The notes under the pieces: model-generated
What the model saw: the letters and a program-made list of their open reading frames with translations, nothing else
Told to the model about the DNA's origin: nothing
The model's database searches: none
NCBI GenBank assembly: GCA_015522685.1
Contig: WALU01000018.1
Span: forward strand, 1-63,280
Source of the DNA: Thermoproteota archaeon
GTDB taxonomy: Archaea > Korarchaeota > Korarchaeia > Korarchaeales > Korarchaeaceae
Length of the DNA: 63,280 nucleotides
Direction: 5' to 3'
Shown here: piece by piece, positions 19,937 through 28,478 of the stretch
Layout: every line of letters starts with the position of its first letter
Numbering within the stretch: position 1 is the first letter of the stretch
Made by a program: the position numbers and the translations under genes

Positions 19937-20992
19937 CTAACTTGAAATGATTCTCACGGCTGCTGCCTTCACTGATAATGTAAATTTCTTTCCCTTAGCT
20001 ATCGAGAGTTCTTCTAAAGCTTGCTTAGTCACAACCGATCTTAGAAGAACTCCCTTTACATTAAAAGTGACTAAATATGCTGAATTTCTGTATTCTATCT
20101 CTTCGACAATCCCCCTAAATATATTTTGGGCACTCATGCTACCCATCTTACCATGTACGTATACATCCTCGGGTCTTATCATCACTAACGTCTCATCTCT
20201 TCCATTATATATGGAAAAAAGTTCTAATTCACCTATCTTAACCCTCGTAAGGCCGCCCTTAGTGCCTATAATCTTCCCATGGTAAATATTCTCCCCACCA
20301 ACGAAGCGAGCCACTCTCCTATCTCTTGGATACGTGATTATATCATCCAAGGTACCAGCTCTCACTATCTTCCCATCATACATAATCGCCATCCTATCAG
20401 CCAGATAACTCGCTTCTAAGAAATCATGAGTAACATGGATAGCCGTAAATCCTATCTTTGAATGAATTTTCTTCAGGAATCGCTGTAACTCGGATTTGAT
20501 AACCTTATCTAAGGCAGAAAGAGGTTCATCCAATAGCAAAGCTCTAGGCTCCACTACTAAAGCCCTTGCCAGCGCAACTCTCTGTTGCTCTCCTCCGCTC
20601 AATTTACTTGGTTTTCTTTGGAGCAGATATTTTATCCCCATGATCTCTGAGACCTCCCTAACATTTGAGAATATTTCAAGATCTTTGTAGCCCCTAATTC
20701 TCAATCCAAAGGCTATATTATCGTAAACCGTCATGTGGGGAAATAAAGCATAGTTCTGAGGGACATAACTGAGATTCCTTTTTTCAGGAGGTAATTCCGT
20801 AGCATTCCTTCCATCTATAATTACTCTACCTTTTCTCGGCTTAACTATCCCCAGAATGGTCTGTAAAAGAAGAGTCTTACCAGCTCCTGATGGACCCATA
20901 ATAACAATGTATTCTCCCTTCTTAACCGAGAGATTTATTTCATCAAGTTTAAACTCCCCCAGGTCTACGCAGAGGTCCCTTAGCTCTATCAA
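19937..20992 (-). CDS. wtpC: Tungstate/molybdate ABC ATPase with TOBE domains
   Basis: GPSGAGKT, LSGGEQQRVALARAL, HVTHD, SAQNIF TOBE; in operon with wtpA. Confidence 0.88.
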   Translation of the reverse strand: MIELRDLCVDLGEFKLDEINLSVKKGEYIVIMGPSGAGKTLLLQTILGIVKPRKGRVIIDGRNATELPPEKRNLSYVPQNYALFPHMTVYDNIAFGLRIRGYKDLEIFSNVREVSEIMGIKYLLQRKPSKLSGGEQQRVALARALVVEPRALLLDEPLSALDKVIKSELQRFLKKIHSKIGFTAIHVTHDFLEASYLADRMAIMYDGKIVRAGTLDDIITYPRDRRVARFVGGENIYHGKIIGTKGGLTRVKIGELELFSIYNGRDETLVMIRPEDVYVHGKMGSMSAQNIFRGIVEEIEYRNSAYLVTFNVKGVLLRSVVTKQALEELSIAKGKKFTLSVKAAAVRIISS

Positions 20993-20993
20993 T

Positions 20994-21764
20994 TTATCTC
21001 CTCCCAGAAAACCTCCTTATAAGAACGAACGTTGTCAAACTTATTACAAGAAGAGGAATTGCTGTCGCCTTCGCTACTTGAAGTCCATAGGTCCAAAATC
21101 TCTCCATTATAAGTACGTTTATCGATTTAGGATAGTAGGCGACTATAAGCAAGGCACCAACCTCGCTCATTCCCCTAGCCCATGAGAGGAGCGATCCTGT
21201 CACCAGAGATCTGGAAGCCAGTGGGAGAGTTATTCTCCAAAATGTTTCAGATTCTGAAGCACCTAGACCCCTAGCGACATGCTCTAGATCAGTATCTACA
21301 CCTGAGAATCCATCTATAAGGGCATCTACCATTAAGGGAACTGAAACGAAAGCCATGACAGACACTATACCCCAAAATGAGTCCTCAAGCTTCATGCCCA
21401 AGTTTGAGAGTATAAAGCCAAGTGGAGTTCTTGAGTTAAAGGCAACTAGCAATGCTATACCAGCCACTCCATGAGGAATGACAAAAGGAAGGTCGACTAG
21501 GGCCTTTATCAAATCCCTCCCCTTAAAATCCCTCCTAGTTAGGAGATATGCCAGAGGAACTCCTGATATAATAAGAAGTACAGTTGCTATTATTGAAGCT
21601 GAAATCCCTATATAAAGCGCATAAAGAGCTTCACTATCGAGCCCATATTTAACTATCTCCTGAGAGGATGTACCTAATAGGAGTGAGGCGAGTGGAACTA
21701 CTATAAAAGATATTAAGAGGAGGGCCAGGGCAGCAAAACCCTGAATCATCCTTAAACTAGGCAA
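20994..21764 (-). CDS. wtpB: Tungstate/molybdate ABC permease
   Basis: DLPFVIPHGVAGIAL, ARGLGAS (EAA loop), WARGMSEVGA, AYYP. Confidence 0.88.
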   Translation of the reverse strand: MPSLRMIQGFAALALLLISFIVVPLASLLLGTSSQEIVKYGLDSEALYALYIGISASIIATVLLIISGVPLAYLLTRRDFKGRDLIKALVDLPFVIPHGVAGIALLVAFNSRTPLGFILSNLGMKLEDSFWGIVSVMAFVSVPLMVDALIDGFSGVDTDLEHVARGLGASESETFWRITLPLASRSLVTGSLLSWARGMSEVGALLIVAYYPKSINVLIMERFWTYGLQVAKATAIPLLVISLTTFVLIRRFSGRR

Positions 21765-21765
21765 A

Positions 21766-22758
21766 TTAGGGATTCACCTTTACTACATCCTTTATCTCGC
21801 TTGGGATATTGCCATATGCCAAAGGAGGCCTCACAGGTGGTTGCCCTGTCTCCTTAAATACATCAAGTCCCTTCGTAAGTAAGAACCTGATGAACTTTAA
21901 GGCTTGTTCTCTATTCTCAGCTACTTTAGTGACCGTAAGTCCATAGGCTATGGGGGCTCCTGTAAGCACTTTCTCCTTTTCAGATCCAGAGAATATATGA
22001 ACCTTAACTTTAGAGTAAACTTTAGCTAGGGCAGGAGATCCCATATTTATTTCAGGAGGTAGCTGCATATATTTCAGCCTATGCTGAACAGCAACGCTCT
22101 TGTATTCGAAAGCATAATCGAGGACACCAGCTTCCAGTAAAGAGAGGAGTTCAACGCTCTTAGGTCTTATGACTATACCCTTTCCCTTAATCTCTATGGG
22201 ATCCGGAACCCATGCTTCCATTCCCTTCACTTTGATATTAGTCTCGTTCATTAATAATTGATCCAAAGGCTTATTATAATATTTAGATGATAGTAAGAGG
22301 GTTATTACACTTCTATATCCACAAGGATCCTTATTTGGATCAGAGAAACCTAACTTCACATCTCCCTTCATTATGATGTCTGGCCAATTCTTCTCATTTA
22401 TTTCGCTAGCGTACTTACTTTTATTCGTGTAAGTGAGAACTATCTCATTGGTAGCGAAGATCACGTACCAATCCGCATATTTTGGATACATCATCTTTGG
22501 AATCAGCCTATAGTCCGCTGATGCTAGTATATCTGCTCTCTTTCCCAGCTCGGTTATCTTTCTAACTGCCTCTACACTGCCGCTTCCCTCAAGCCTTATT
22601 TCAACTGCTTTATCTGGATACATACTTATTATCTTTTGTAAGGGCACTGTTAGGGATCCAGCATGGAAGACTGTAATTGCACTTGGTTTGCTCTTAATTA
22701 GGAATGGCAGTGCAGCTAATATAACAATCACTATTAAAACCAATATAATCTTCTTCAT
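21766..22758 (-). CDS. wtpA: Tungstate/molybdate-binding protein WtpA
   Basis: FHAGSL, GSVEAVRK, ASADY, SDPNKDPCGYRS, RPKSVEL, YAFEYKSVA. True start MKKII at 22758 after SD GAGGTGA. Confidence 0.9.
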   Translation of the reverse strand: MKKIILVLIVIVILAALPFLIKSKPSAITVFHAGSLTVPLQKIISMYPDKAVEIRLEGSGSVEAVRKITELGKRADILASADYRLIPKMMYPKYADWYVIFATNEIVLTYTNKSKYASEINEKNWPDIIMKGDVKLGFSDPNKDPCGYRSVITLLLSSKYYNKPLDQLLMNETNIKVKGMEAWVPDPIEIKGKGIVIRPKSVELLSLLEAGVLDYAFEYKSVAVQHRLKYMQLPPEINMGSPALAKVYSKVKVHIFSGSEKEKVLTGAPIAYGLTVTKVAENREQALKFIRFLLTKGLDVFKETGQPPVRPPLAYGNIPSEIKDVVKVNP

Positions 22759-22781
22759 AGAGATCACTAGCTCACCTCGCT

Positions 22782-22803
22782 GGTTATCCGATATCGGATA
22801 ACC
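22782..22803. promoter_or_regulatory. Perfect 22-bp palindromic operator upstream of wtpA
   Basis: GGTTATCCGATATCGGATAACC lies between a TTTAAAAA TATA-like box (about 22826-22833, minus strand) and the SD. Confidence 0.8.
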
Positions 22804-22909
22804 GATCATGCATTCCCTATATTATTTTTAAAATTTGCGGTAGCGCCACGCATCTAGACTAAGAATCATTATGGCATAATGAAATTTATATCTTCAATAT
22901 CGCACGCGA

Positions 22910-23085
22910 TTACAGAGGCTTCAAGGGATTCTTCGATAGGCAGATAGCAAGAATTGCCGAAAAATCGCGCGCTACAGCAATTCTATAGCGTTGAGGTTAT
23001 ATTTTCCTCCATCAACTTATGATAAATGCTCATCTTAAGGATCTGCAATTATATAGTCAGGTAACTCTCTATTGAGATAGATGAT
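22910..23085. repeat. Direct repeat copy 2 (IPCT 3' fragment plus deleted remnant of ORF 19339)
   Basis: Matches copy 1; ATTGAGATAGATG near 23071 also echoes ATCGAGATAGATG near 19462. Confidence 0.9.
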
Positions 23086-23214
23086 TGATCAGTCCTCCAA
23101 GCTCCTTATCTCCAAGTAAGTATAAGGATCAAATGATCTGATTTGTTATATTATTGACATGAATTGAAGTTTTCGTAATCTCTTCAGTATAATTCCCATG
23201 ACTATTTTGAAAAC

Positions 23215-23415
23215 AAGAATACCCTCCCTCTCATATTATACATGATCAATCCCCTGATTGCTGCTAGCTCTGAAACTAAAGAAGAAAATGCTTTTAATAT
23301 TCTTTCTTAGATCTTCAGGATCTCCGGCCCCTATGAACAGTAAAATAGGGCCTATGTCATGCGACCTCGGATATTCAATGGCCAAAGCCCTAAGTAAAGA
23401 TTTTACAGCCATTCA
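23215..23415 (-). pseudogene. HEPN-domain gene remnant
   Basis: Minus strand reads MAVKSLLRALAIEYPRSHDIGP and, after a frameshift, LVSELAAIRG..MY, both typical archaeal HEPN segments. Confidence 0.65.
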
Positions 23416-23654
23416 AGATTATCTAAAGAGGATTTAACCTTATCTAAGCACGATAGGGAGCTTTAAGATAAGTTGCATATATCTCCAAGTTAATCAAATT
23501 TCTGTCACATCCCTCAGCTTGACATTCGGCTTAAGGATTCAATACCATCTTTCCTTCACCTTCCCCTCTCTCCACTCCAATGCTCAAGAGAGCCAGTAGC
23601 GCTGGTCGAAACAAAGCAGGAGTAGTGGTAGTGGAAACGGAAGCAATTGAGGAG

Positions 23655-24452
23655 CTACATCCGTTCGATCTTTGTCGTCAAATTAAGGGGCTTAGCGTAG
23701 TAAGGTGAGCTTGTGATGATAATATCCGCGAGCTGAGCATAATCTCCTATGTTCGTCTCATTTATGTCTCCAGCAACTGCTATCCTCACCTTTGGATTGA
23801 TCTTCCTCAGCTTAGGCACGAGTCCTCTAAGCTCTTCTGGTGCAGAGTGATCGAGCAGAAGAAGATCTGCCTTTAGAGCGAGGCTTAATGATCCTTCTGC
23901 ACTTGATGGCTCGATTTCAATACTCCTCAATGTTTCGAACTCTGGGGGTTCACCGGAAACTCTCAAGTGATTCTGAGTTATCAGAATTGAATCACTCAAT
24001 GAATTCCTGTGAAATGTCCCTCCACCAGCTCTTACAGCTTTAAGTTCGAAGTAACGCATCCCTGGATGGGTCTTCCGCGTTGTTGCGATTATTACATTCG
24101 GGTTGACCCTTCTTGCAATCCTGACTAACTTCTCCGTCGCTGTTGCTATCCCAGAGGTTATCGAGAGGAGAGTCTGACTTACACGCCAGACTTTGAAAAG
24201 TGTTCTAAGGATCCCGCGGGCGACTATGATTGCATCTCCTGGCCCGAACTGTATACCACTCGGTAAAAACTCTACGCTAAGGCCTTTGAGTTTCAGCCAC
24301 TCCACAAGCTCCTCAGTGCAAGCAGAAACTCCATCCTCACGAGTAAGGATTTTCATGGTACCTTCTCCTTGAATCCTAAGAAGTTCAGCTGTCTCATCAA
24401 AGTAGGGACAATCCTCATCAAGATAAAGATCAAGGAGATGAAGTGGATTCAT
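23655..24452 (-). CDS. modD: ModD protein (NadC/QPRTase-like)
   Basis: EDCPYFDET, SGIATAT, ATTRKTHPG, HRNSLSDSILITQNH; last gene of a modABC operon. Confidence 0.85.
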   Translation of the reverse strand: MNPLHLLDLYLDEDCPYFDETAELLRIQGEGTMKILTREDGVSACTEELVEWLKLKGLSVEFLPSGIQFGPGDAIIVARGILRTLFKVWRVSQTLLSITSGIATATEKLVRIARRVNPNVIIATTRKTHPGMRYFELKAVRAGGGTFHRNSLSDSILITQNHLRVSGEPPEFETLRSIEIEPSSAEGSLSLALKADLLLLDHSAPEELRGLVPKLRKINPKVRIAVAGDINETNIGDYAQLADIIITSSPYYAKPLNLTTKIERM

Positions 24453-24453
24453 C

Positions 24454-25512
24454 TTATCCTATCACCCTCACGCTTGATGCCTTGAACATAATATAGAGCT
24501 TCACTCCTTCCTTAATTCCAAGGAGTTCGGCAGCGTTCAGTGTTATCACAGCTCTCAATGTTAATCCTTCAACATCAAGAGTTAGCCAAAGAACATGACC
24601 GCGTTTTTTAACTTTTACTACCCTCGCAGGGAGAACATTTCGAGCGGAGTACATCCCTAATTCACGGGTGAGAATTATAGCCTCTGGACGTACAGAGAGT
24701 GTTACTTCCGCTCCTGGTTCTGCGACTTCTGTAGTGTAAATCGCAATATTACCAATACTGATAGTGGTAATATTACTACTCTCAAGAACTCTTCCATGGA
24801 AGAAGTTCGTGCCAACAAAGTCGGCAACAAAATCACTCGTTGGTTTGCAAAAAATCTCCTCAGGTGTTCCTTCTTGGACGATTCTCCCATCCTTCATTAC
24901 TGCAACTCTATTCGCGAGGGAGAAGACATCCTCAAAATCATGAGTGACATGGATAACTGTCGTGCTGTAGTCCTTCACAGCTTTTTTCACCATTGAACGG
25001 AGTTTCTCTCTTGTCTTCTCATCTAAGGCAGAGAATGGCTCATCCATCAGTAGCATTTTCGGTCTTATCACAAGAGCTCTTGCTATTGCTACCCGCTGCT
25101 GCTCACCGCCACTCAATGTTTTCGGCTTTCTATGGAGGAGTTGATCGATGCGGAGTTCCCTCGATATAGTCCTGACTTCTCTCTCGATTTCAGCTCTTGA
25201 CAGAGCTTTTTTTCTTAAGCCGAAGGCGATGTTGTCAAAGACGTTAAGGTGAGGGAAAAGCATGAAGTCTTGGTAAACTATACTCATGCCGCGATTCTCC
25301 GGCGGTAATGCCGTAATGTTTCGTCCAGCGAGAGTTATCTTCCCAGATTTGATGGGGTAAAAACCTGCTATTACCTCAAGGAGAACTGACTTACCGGCTC
25401 CTGTCGGCCCGATTATTGTGAGGTAATTATTCTTCTCTACGGTCAGAGAGACATCACGGAGGTGAAACTCACCAAGGTTTATGTTTAGATCTTTAACCTC
25501 TAACAGAGACAT
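24454..25512 (-). CDS. modC: Molybdate ABC ATPase with TOBE domains
   Basis: GPTGAGKS, LSGGEQQRVAIARAL, SARN, FKASSV. Confidence 0.88.
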   Translation of the reverse strand: MSLLEVKDLNINLGEFHLRDVSLTVEKNNYLTIIGPTGAGKSVLLEVIAGFYPIKSGKITLAGRNITALPPENRGMSIVYQDFMLFPHLNVFDNIAFGLRKKALSRAEIEREVRTISRELRIDQLLHRKPKTLSGGEQQRVAIARALVIRPKMLLMDEPFSALDEKTREKLRSMVKKAVKDYSTTVIHVTHDFEDVFSLANRVAVMKDGRIVQEGTPEEIFCKPTSDFVADFVGTNFFHGRVLESSNITTISIGNIAIYTTEVAEPGAEVTLSVRPEAIILTRELGMYSARNVLPARVVKVKKRGHVLWLTLDVEGLTLRAVITLNAAELLGIKEGVKLYIMFKASSVRVIG

Positions 25513-26290
25513 TTTTACTACCTTCTAACCTCTCAAAGATGAGTATTGCTGTGAAAGACACAATAATAAGCATTATACCACTCGTTATTGCCATTCCTAT
25601 ATTACCATAGGAGATGTTTAAGTAGAGAGTCACTGGCAGGATTTCGGTGTTCATATAACTTCCACCAGCAAGGATTAGAACTGATCCGAATGTGCCCACC
25701 GAACGAGCGAAGGCGATTATTGTCGAGGCAAAGAGGCCACTTCTAGCCATTGGGAGCGTTACTTTCCGGAAAGTCTCGAACTCGCCATAGCCAAGGCTTC
25801 GCGCGACGAGCTCGTAGCGCTTGCTAATACTCTCGAAGGCAGTATAAATGACCCTAGCGGTGTAGGGAAGAGCCGTAAAGAACTGAGCGACAATTATTCC
25901 GAGCTTTGTGAAGACGACATTGATTCCGAGGCTGTTCAGGGCTCCGCCAAAGGTAGTTCTTCCGAATAGAAGAAGCAGCGCTAAGCCGAGCACAAGCTCT
26001 GGGAAAGCCATGGGTAAATCAAGAATTGACTTGACAGCGCTTTTTCCATAGAAATCGAAGCGTGAGAGAGCATAGCCTATCGGAATCCCAAAAAGCATGA
26101 CTAAAAGTGTTGATATCGAGGCCGTTACGAGAGAGAGCTTGAGAGAGTAAGCCATCTCCTCAGATTTTATTGATTCTATTATCTCATTAGGTTTTGGAAT
26201 GAGGAAAAGCGTTGTTATAGCAGCGAAAAGGAAGAGCGCAAATAGAAGCGCGATAAAAATTGTAAAGAGACGGAAGCTCAGCCTTTCCAT
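25493..26290 (-). CDS. modB: Molybdate ABC permease
   Basis: DLPMAFPELVLG, AQFF, ARSLG, FARSVGTFG. Likely start MERLSF at 26290. Confidence 0.88.
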   Translation of the reverse strand: MERLSFRLFTIFIALLFALFLFAAITTLFLIPKPNEIIESIKSEEMAYSLKLSLVTASISTLLVMLFGIPIGYALSRFDFYGKSAVKSILDLPMAFPELVLGLALLLLFGRTTFGGALNSLGINVVFTKLGIIVAQFFTALPYTARVIYTAFESISKRYELVARSLGYGEFETFRKVTLPMARSGLFASTIIAFARSVGTFGSVLILAGGSYMNTEILPVTLYLNISYGNIGMAITSGIMLIIVSFTAILIFERLEGSKNVSVRG

Positions 26291-27114
26291 GGCTGGAACC
26301 CCCACTTCTTCCATATCTCAGTGTGATTGGCGATAAAGCTGTTGAATTCTTTGGCTGCTTTAATATGATCGTTATTCTTCGCACAAGATGTTACAGCCGT
26401 CGGAATGGTTTTTATGAGGTTCTGCTCTGGAGGAATCCGAATCACCTCAATTTTACCTTTTGACTGAGCCCATGTTGTCATGTCCTCCCAGATTATAGTG
26501 GCATCGGCCTGCCCAGTCACGATGTAAATAAGGAGTTGATTAACAGTTGGAGTAAATGTAACAACATTTTTGCTCACATTTTTCCAGAGGTCCTTCTTTT
26601 CAAGGATTTTCTTATCCACTTTACCAATAGCACAAGCCTTTGGATCACCGAGGACAACCCTAACGCTAGACTTCGCAAGATCCTGTAGAGAGCGTATATT
26701 CCCCGGGTTACTAGCTGGAACAGCTATTACTGGTATATGTTTGGTTACGTTAATTACAGTGCCTTTGAGAATATAACCCTTCTTCATTGCCTGCTGAGTA
26801 TAGTACCATGCGCCAGGGATGAAGACATCGCAGCCACAGGTCGTCTGGAGGACTCCAAAGATTTCACTGCTTCCACCATAATGTACCTCTATTCTCACTC
26901 CTGTCTTATTCTCGAAGAGCGAAATTAGATCATTCATCGGCTTCATCAGGCCAGCGCCAGAGCAGACGACAATTGATTGTTCAGTGGATGATCTCGAAGT
27001 TAAAGTTCCAGTGCTGATTGGTTTTTCCACACTTCTATGTCCTACTACGAATATTATACCAAGAAAAAAAGCAATTACTACTAAAACCAGCAGAAGCTTC
27101 CTTATAGAGAGCAT
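26278..27114 (-). CDS. modA: Molybdate-binding protein ModA
   Basis: GAGLMKPM, YGGS, DVFIPG, GDPKACAIG, PTVNQL. True start MLSIR at 27114 after SD GGAGGTG. Confidence 0.85.
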   Translation of the reverse strand: MLSIRKLLLVLVVIAFFLGIIFVVGHRSVEKPISTGTLTSRSSTEQSIVVCSGAGLMKPMNDLISLFENKTGVRIEVHYGGSSEIFGVLQTTCGCDVFIPGAWYYTQQAMKKGYILKGTVINVTKHIPVIAVPASNPGNIRSLQDLAKSSVRVVLGDPKACAIGKVDKKILEKKDLWKNVSKNVVTFTPTVNQLLIYIVTGQADATIIWEDMTTWAQSKGKIEVIRIPPEQNLIKTIPTAVTSCAKNNDHIKAAKEFNSFIANHTEIWKKWGFQPWKG

Positions 27115-27128
27115 TAGACCACCTCCTC

Positions 27129-27149
27129 GGTTATCCGATATCGGATAAC
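27129..27149. promoter_or_regulatory. Second copy of the palindromic operator, upstream of modA
   Basis: GGTTATCCGATATCGGATAAC (20-bp perfect core), in the same position relative to TATA and SD as the wtpA copy. Confidence 0.8.
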
Positions 27150-27262
27150 TAATCATGCCCATTCCTATTATTTTAAAAACTTATGGTAATATCATCCATC
27201 CAAGTCAAGTAATGGTTCGAAATGCGATGAAATTTATATCTCTGATATTCCCTGAAGCTTGA

Positions 27263-28297
27263 ATGGATAATCACGAAGAACTGAGAGTAGAGATCGATAT
27301 AAAGCTCCTCAAGGGTAGTATGATAATACTGGATAAACAATCAGCCCACCTTCTTAGGGCAATATCAAGAACAGGTTCACTTCTTGCTGCATCTAAACTT
27401 CTAGGGATGCCCTATTCTAAAGTTTGGAGGATTGTAATGAATATTGAGAGGAAATTTGGTCATAAGATAATAGCCCCTAGGAGAGGAGGCAAGTTAGGAG
27501 GAGGGACAAAGTTAACTGAATCGGGGAAAAAACTTCTTAGCATATACTCAAGGCTGGAGGAAACATATGGGATAAGTAGAGGACCCCTAGGTGATGTAAC
27601 GAAGATAATAAGGCCTGATCTCGTTATAATGGGCAGTCATGACCTCCTAATTGAGAAGCTTGTATATCTTGTCAGGAAAAAGGAGGAGAGAGAGGTAGAA
27701 GTTCATTGGATAGGATCCTATGGTGGTCTGCTATCTCTCTCGCTGGGAGAGGCCGATATATCTGGAATCCATCTCATGGATCCTAAGACCTCCCAGTATA
27801 ATGTTCCAATAGTGAAGAACATGTTTCCCAAGGGAGTAGCCCTCTTCAGAGGATTTGATAGGGAGGTAGGGTGGGTTTCCAGGGGAAATTTTTCCCCAGA
27901 GCGTTTACTTGAAGGAAAGGCTAGATTGGCCAACAGAAATAAGGGATCTGGAACTAGAATACTCATAGATAAGATCTTGGCGGAGCTATCTGAAGGGAAA
28001 GAATTTAGGGAGATGATCAGAGGATATGATGTAGAATACTTTACACATACAGCCACATGCAAGGCTATTGCTGAGGGAAAAGCAGATGTAACAATATCTA
28101 TAAGGCCTGTAGCTGAGATATTTAATCTCAAGTTCAAGAGGATACTCTGGGAGAGCTATGATCTAGCTGCAAGAGAAGATATCATAAGCAAAGAAGCTGC
28201 TAGGCTTTTTCTGAGGATGTTATCTAGTGATAATCTCATAAAAATAGCTAGGAGGGGTTATAGAATACCTAAAAATGCTGGGGAACGTATAATATAA
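27263..28297 (+). CDS. ModE-like wHTH plus periplasmic-binding-like (PBP) domain transcriptional regulator
   Basis: LLRAISRTGSLLAASKLLGMPYSKVW...RGGKLGGGTKLT (ModE N-terminus); GSHD, GSYGGL, GIHL, NRNKGSGTR (MoeA-associated PBP domain). Confidence 0.88.
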   Translation: MDNHEELRVEIDIKLLKGSMIILDKQSAHLLRAISRTGSLLAASKLLGMPYSKVWRIVMNIERKFGHKIIAPRRGGKLGGGTKLTESGKKLLSIYSRLEETYGISRGPLGDVTKIIRPDLVIMGSHDLLIEKLVYLVRKKEEREVEVHWIGSYGGLLSLSLGEADISGIHLMDPKTSQYNVPIVKNMFPKGVALFRGFDREVGWVSRGNFSPERLLEGKARLANRNKGSGTRILIDKILAELSEGKEFREMIRGYDVEYFTHTATCKAIAEGKADVTISIRPVAEIFNLKFKRILWESYDLAAREDIISKEAARLFLRMLSSDNLIKIARRGYRIPKNAGERII

Positions 28298-28478
28298 TTA
28301 GTGAGGGGGAGGAAAGGAAAATAGCATATTTTGTTAGTCAAGAGCCTCTATATTAATCTAAAATGAGTAGATAAGAGAGAAAAACATCTAATATACATAC
28401 TAGGCAAAGGAATGAAAGAAGACTGAACAACCAAAAAGAAAAAAGAGAAGAAGAGAAAAGGATGTAGAGCAGTTCAGT

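Noticed and set aside
19705-19950. 81-aa plus-strand ORF and the overlapping 19530-19784 minus-strand ORF
   Set aside because: No motif, the two conflict with each other, and the region is more likely eroded remnant DNA.
22759-22809. Shared N-terminal peptide (M)I(G/S)YPISDN in the WtpA and ModA ORFs
   Set aside because: An artefact of translating the DNA palindrome. The real starts lie downstream, after SD sites (22758 and 27114).
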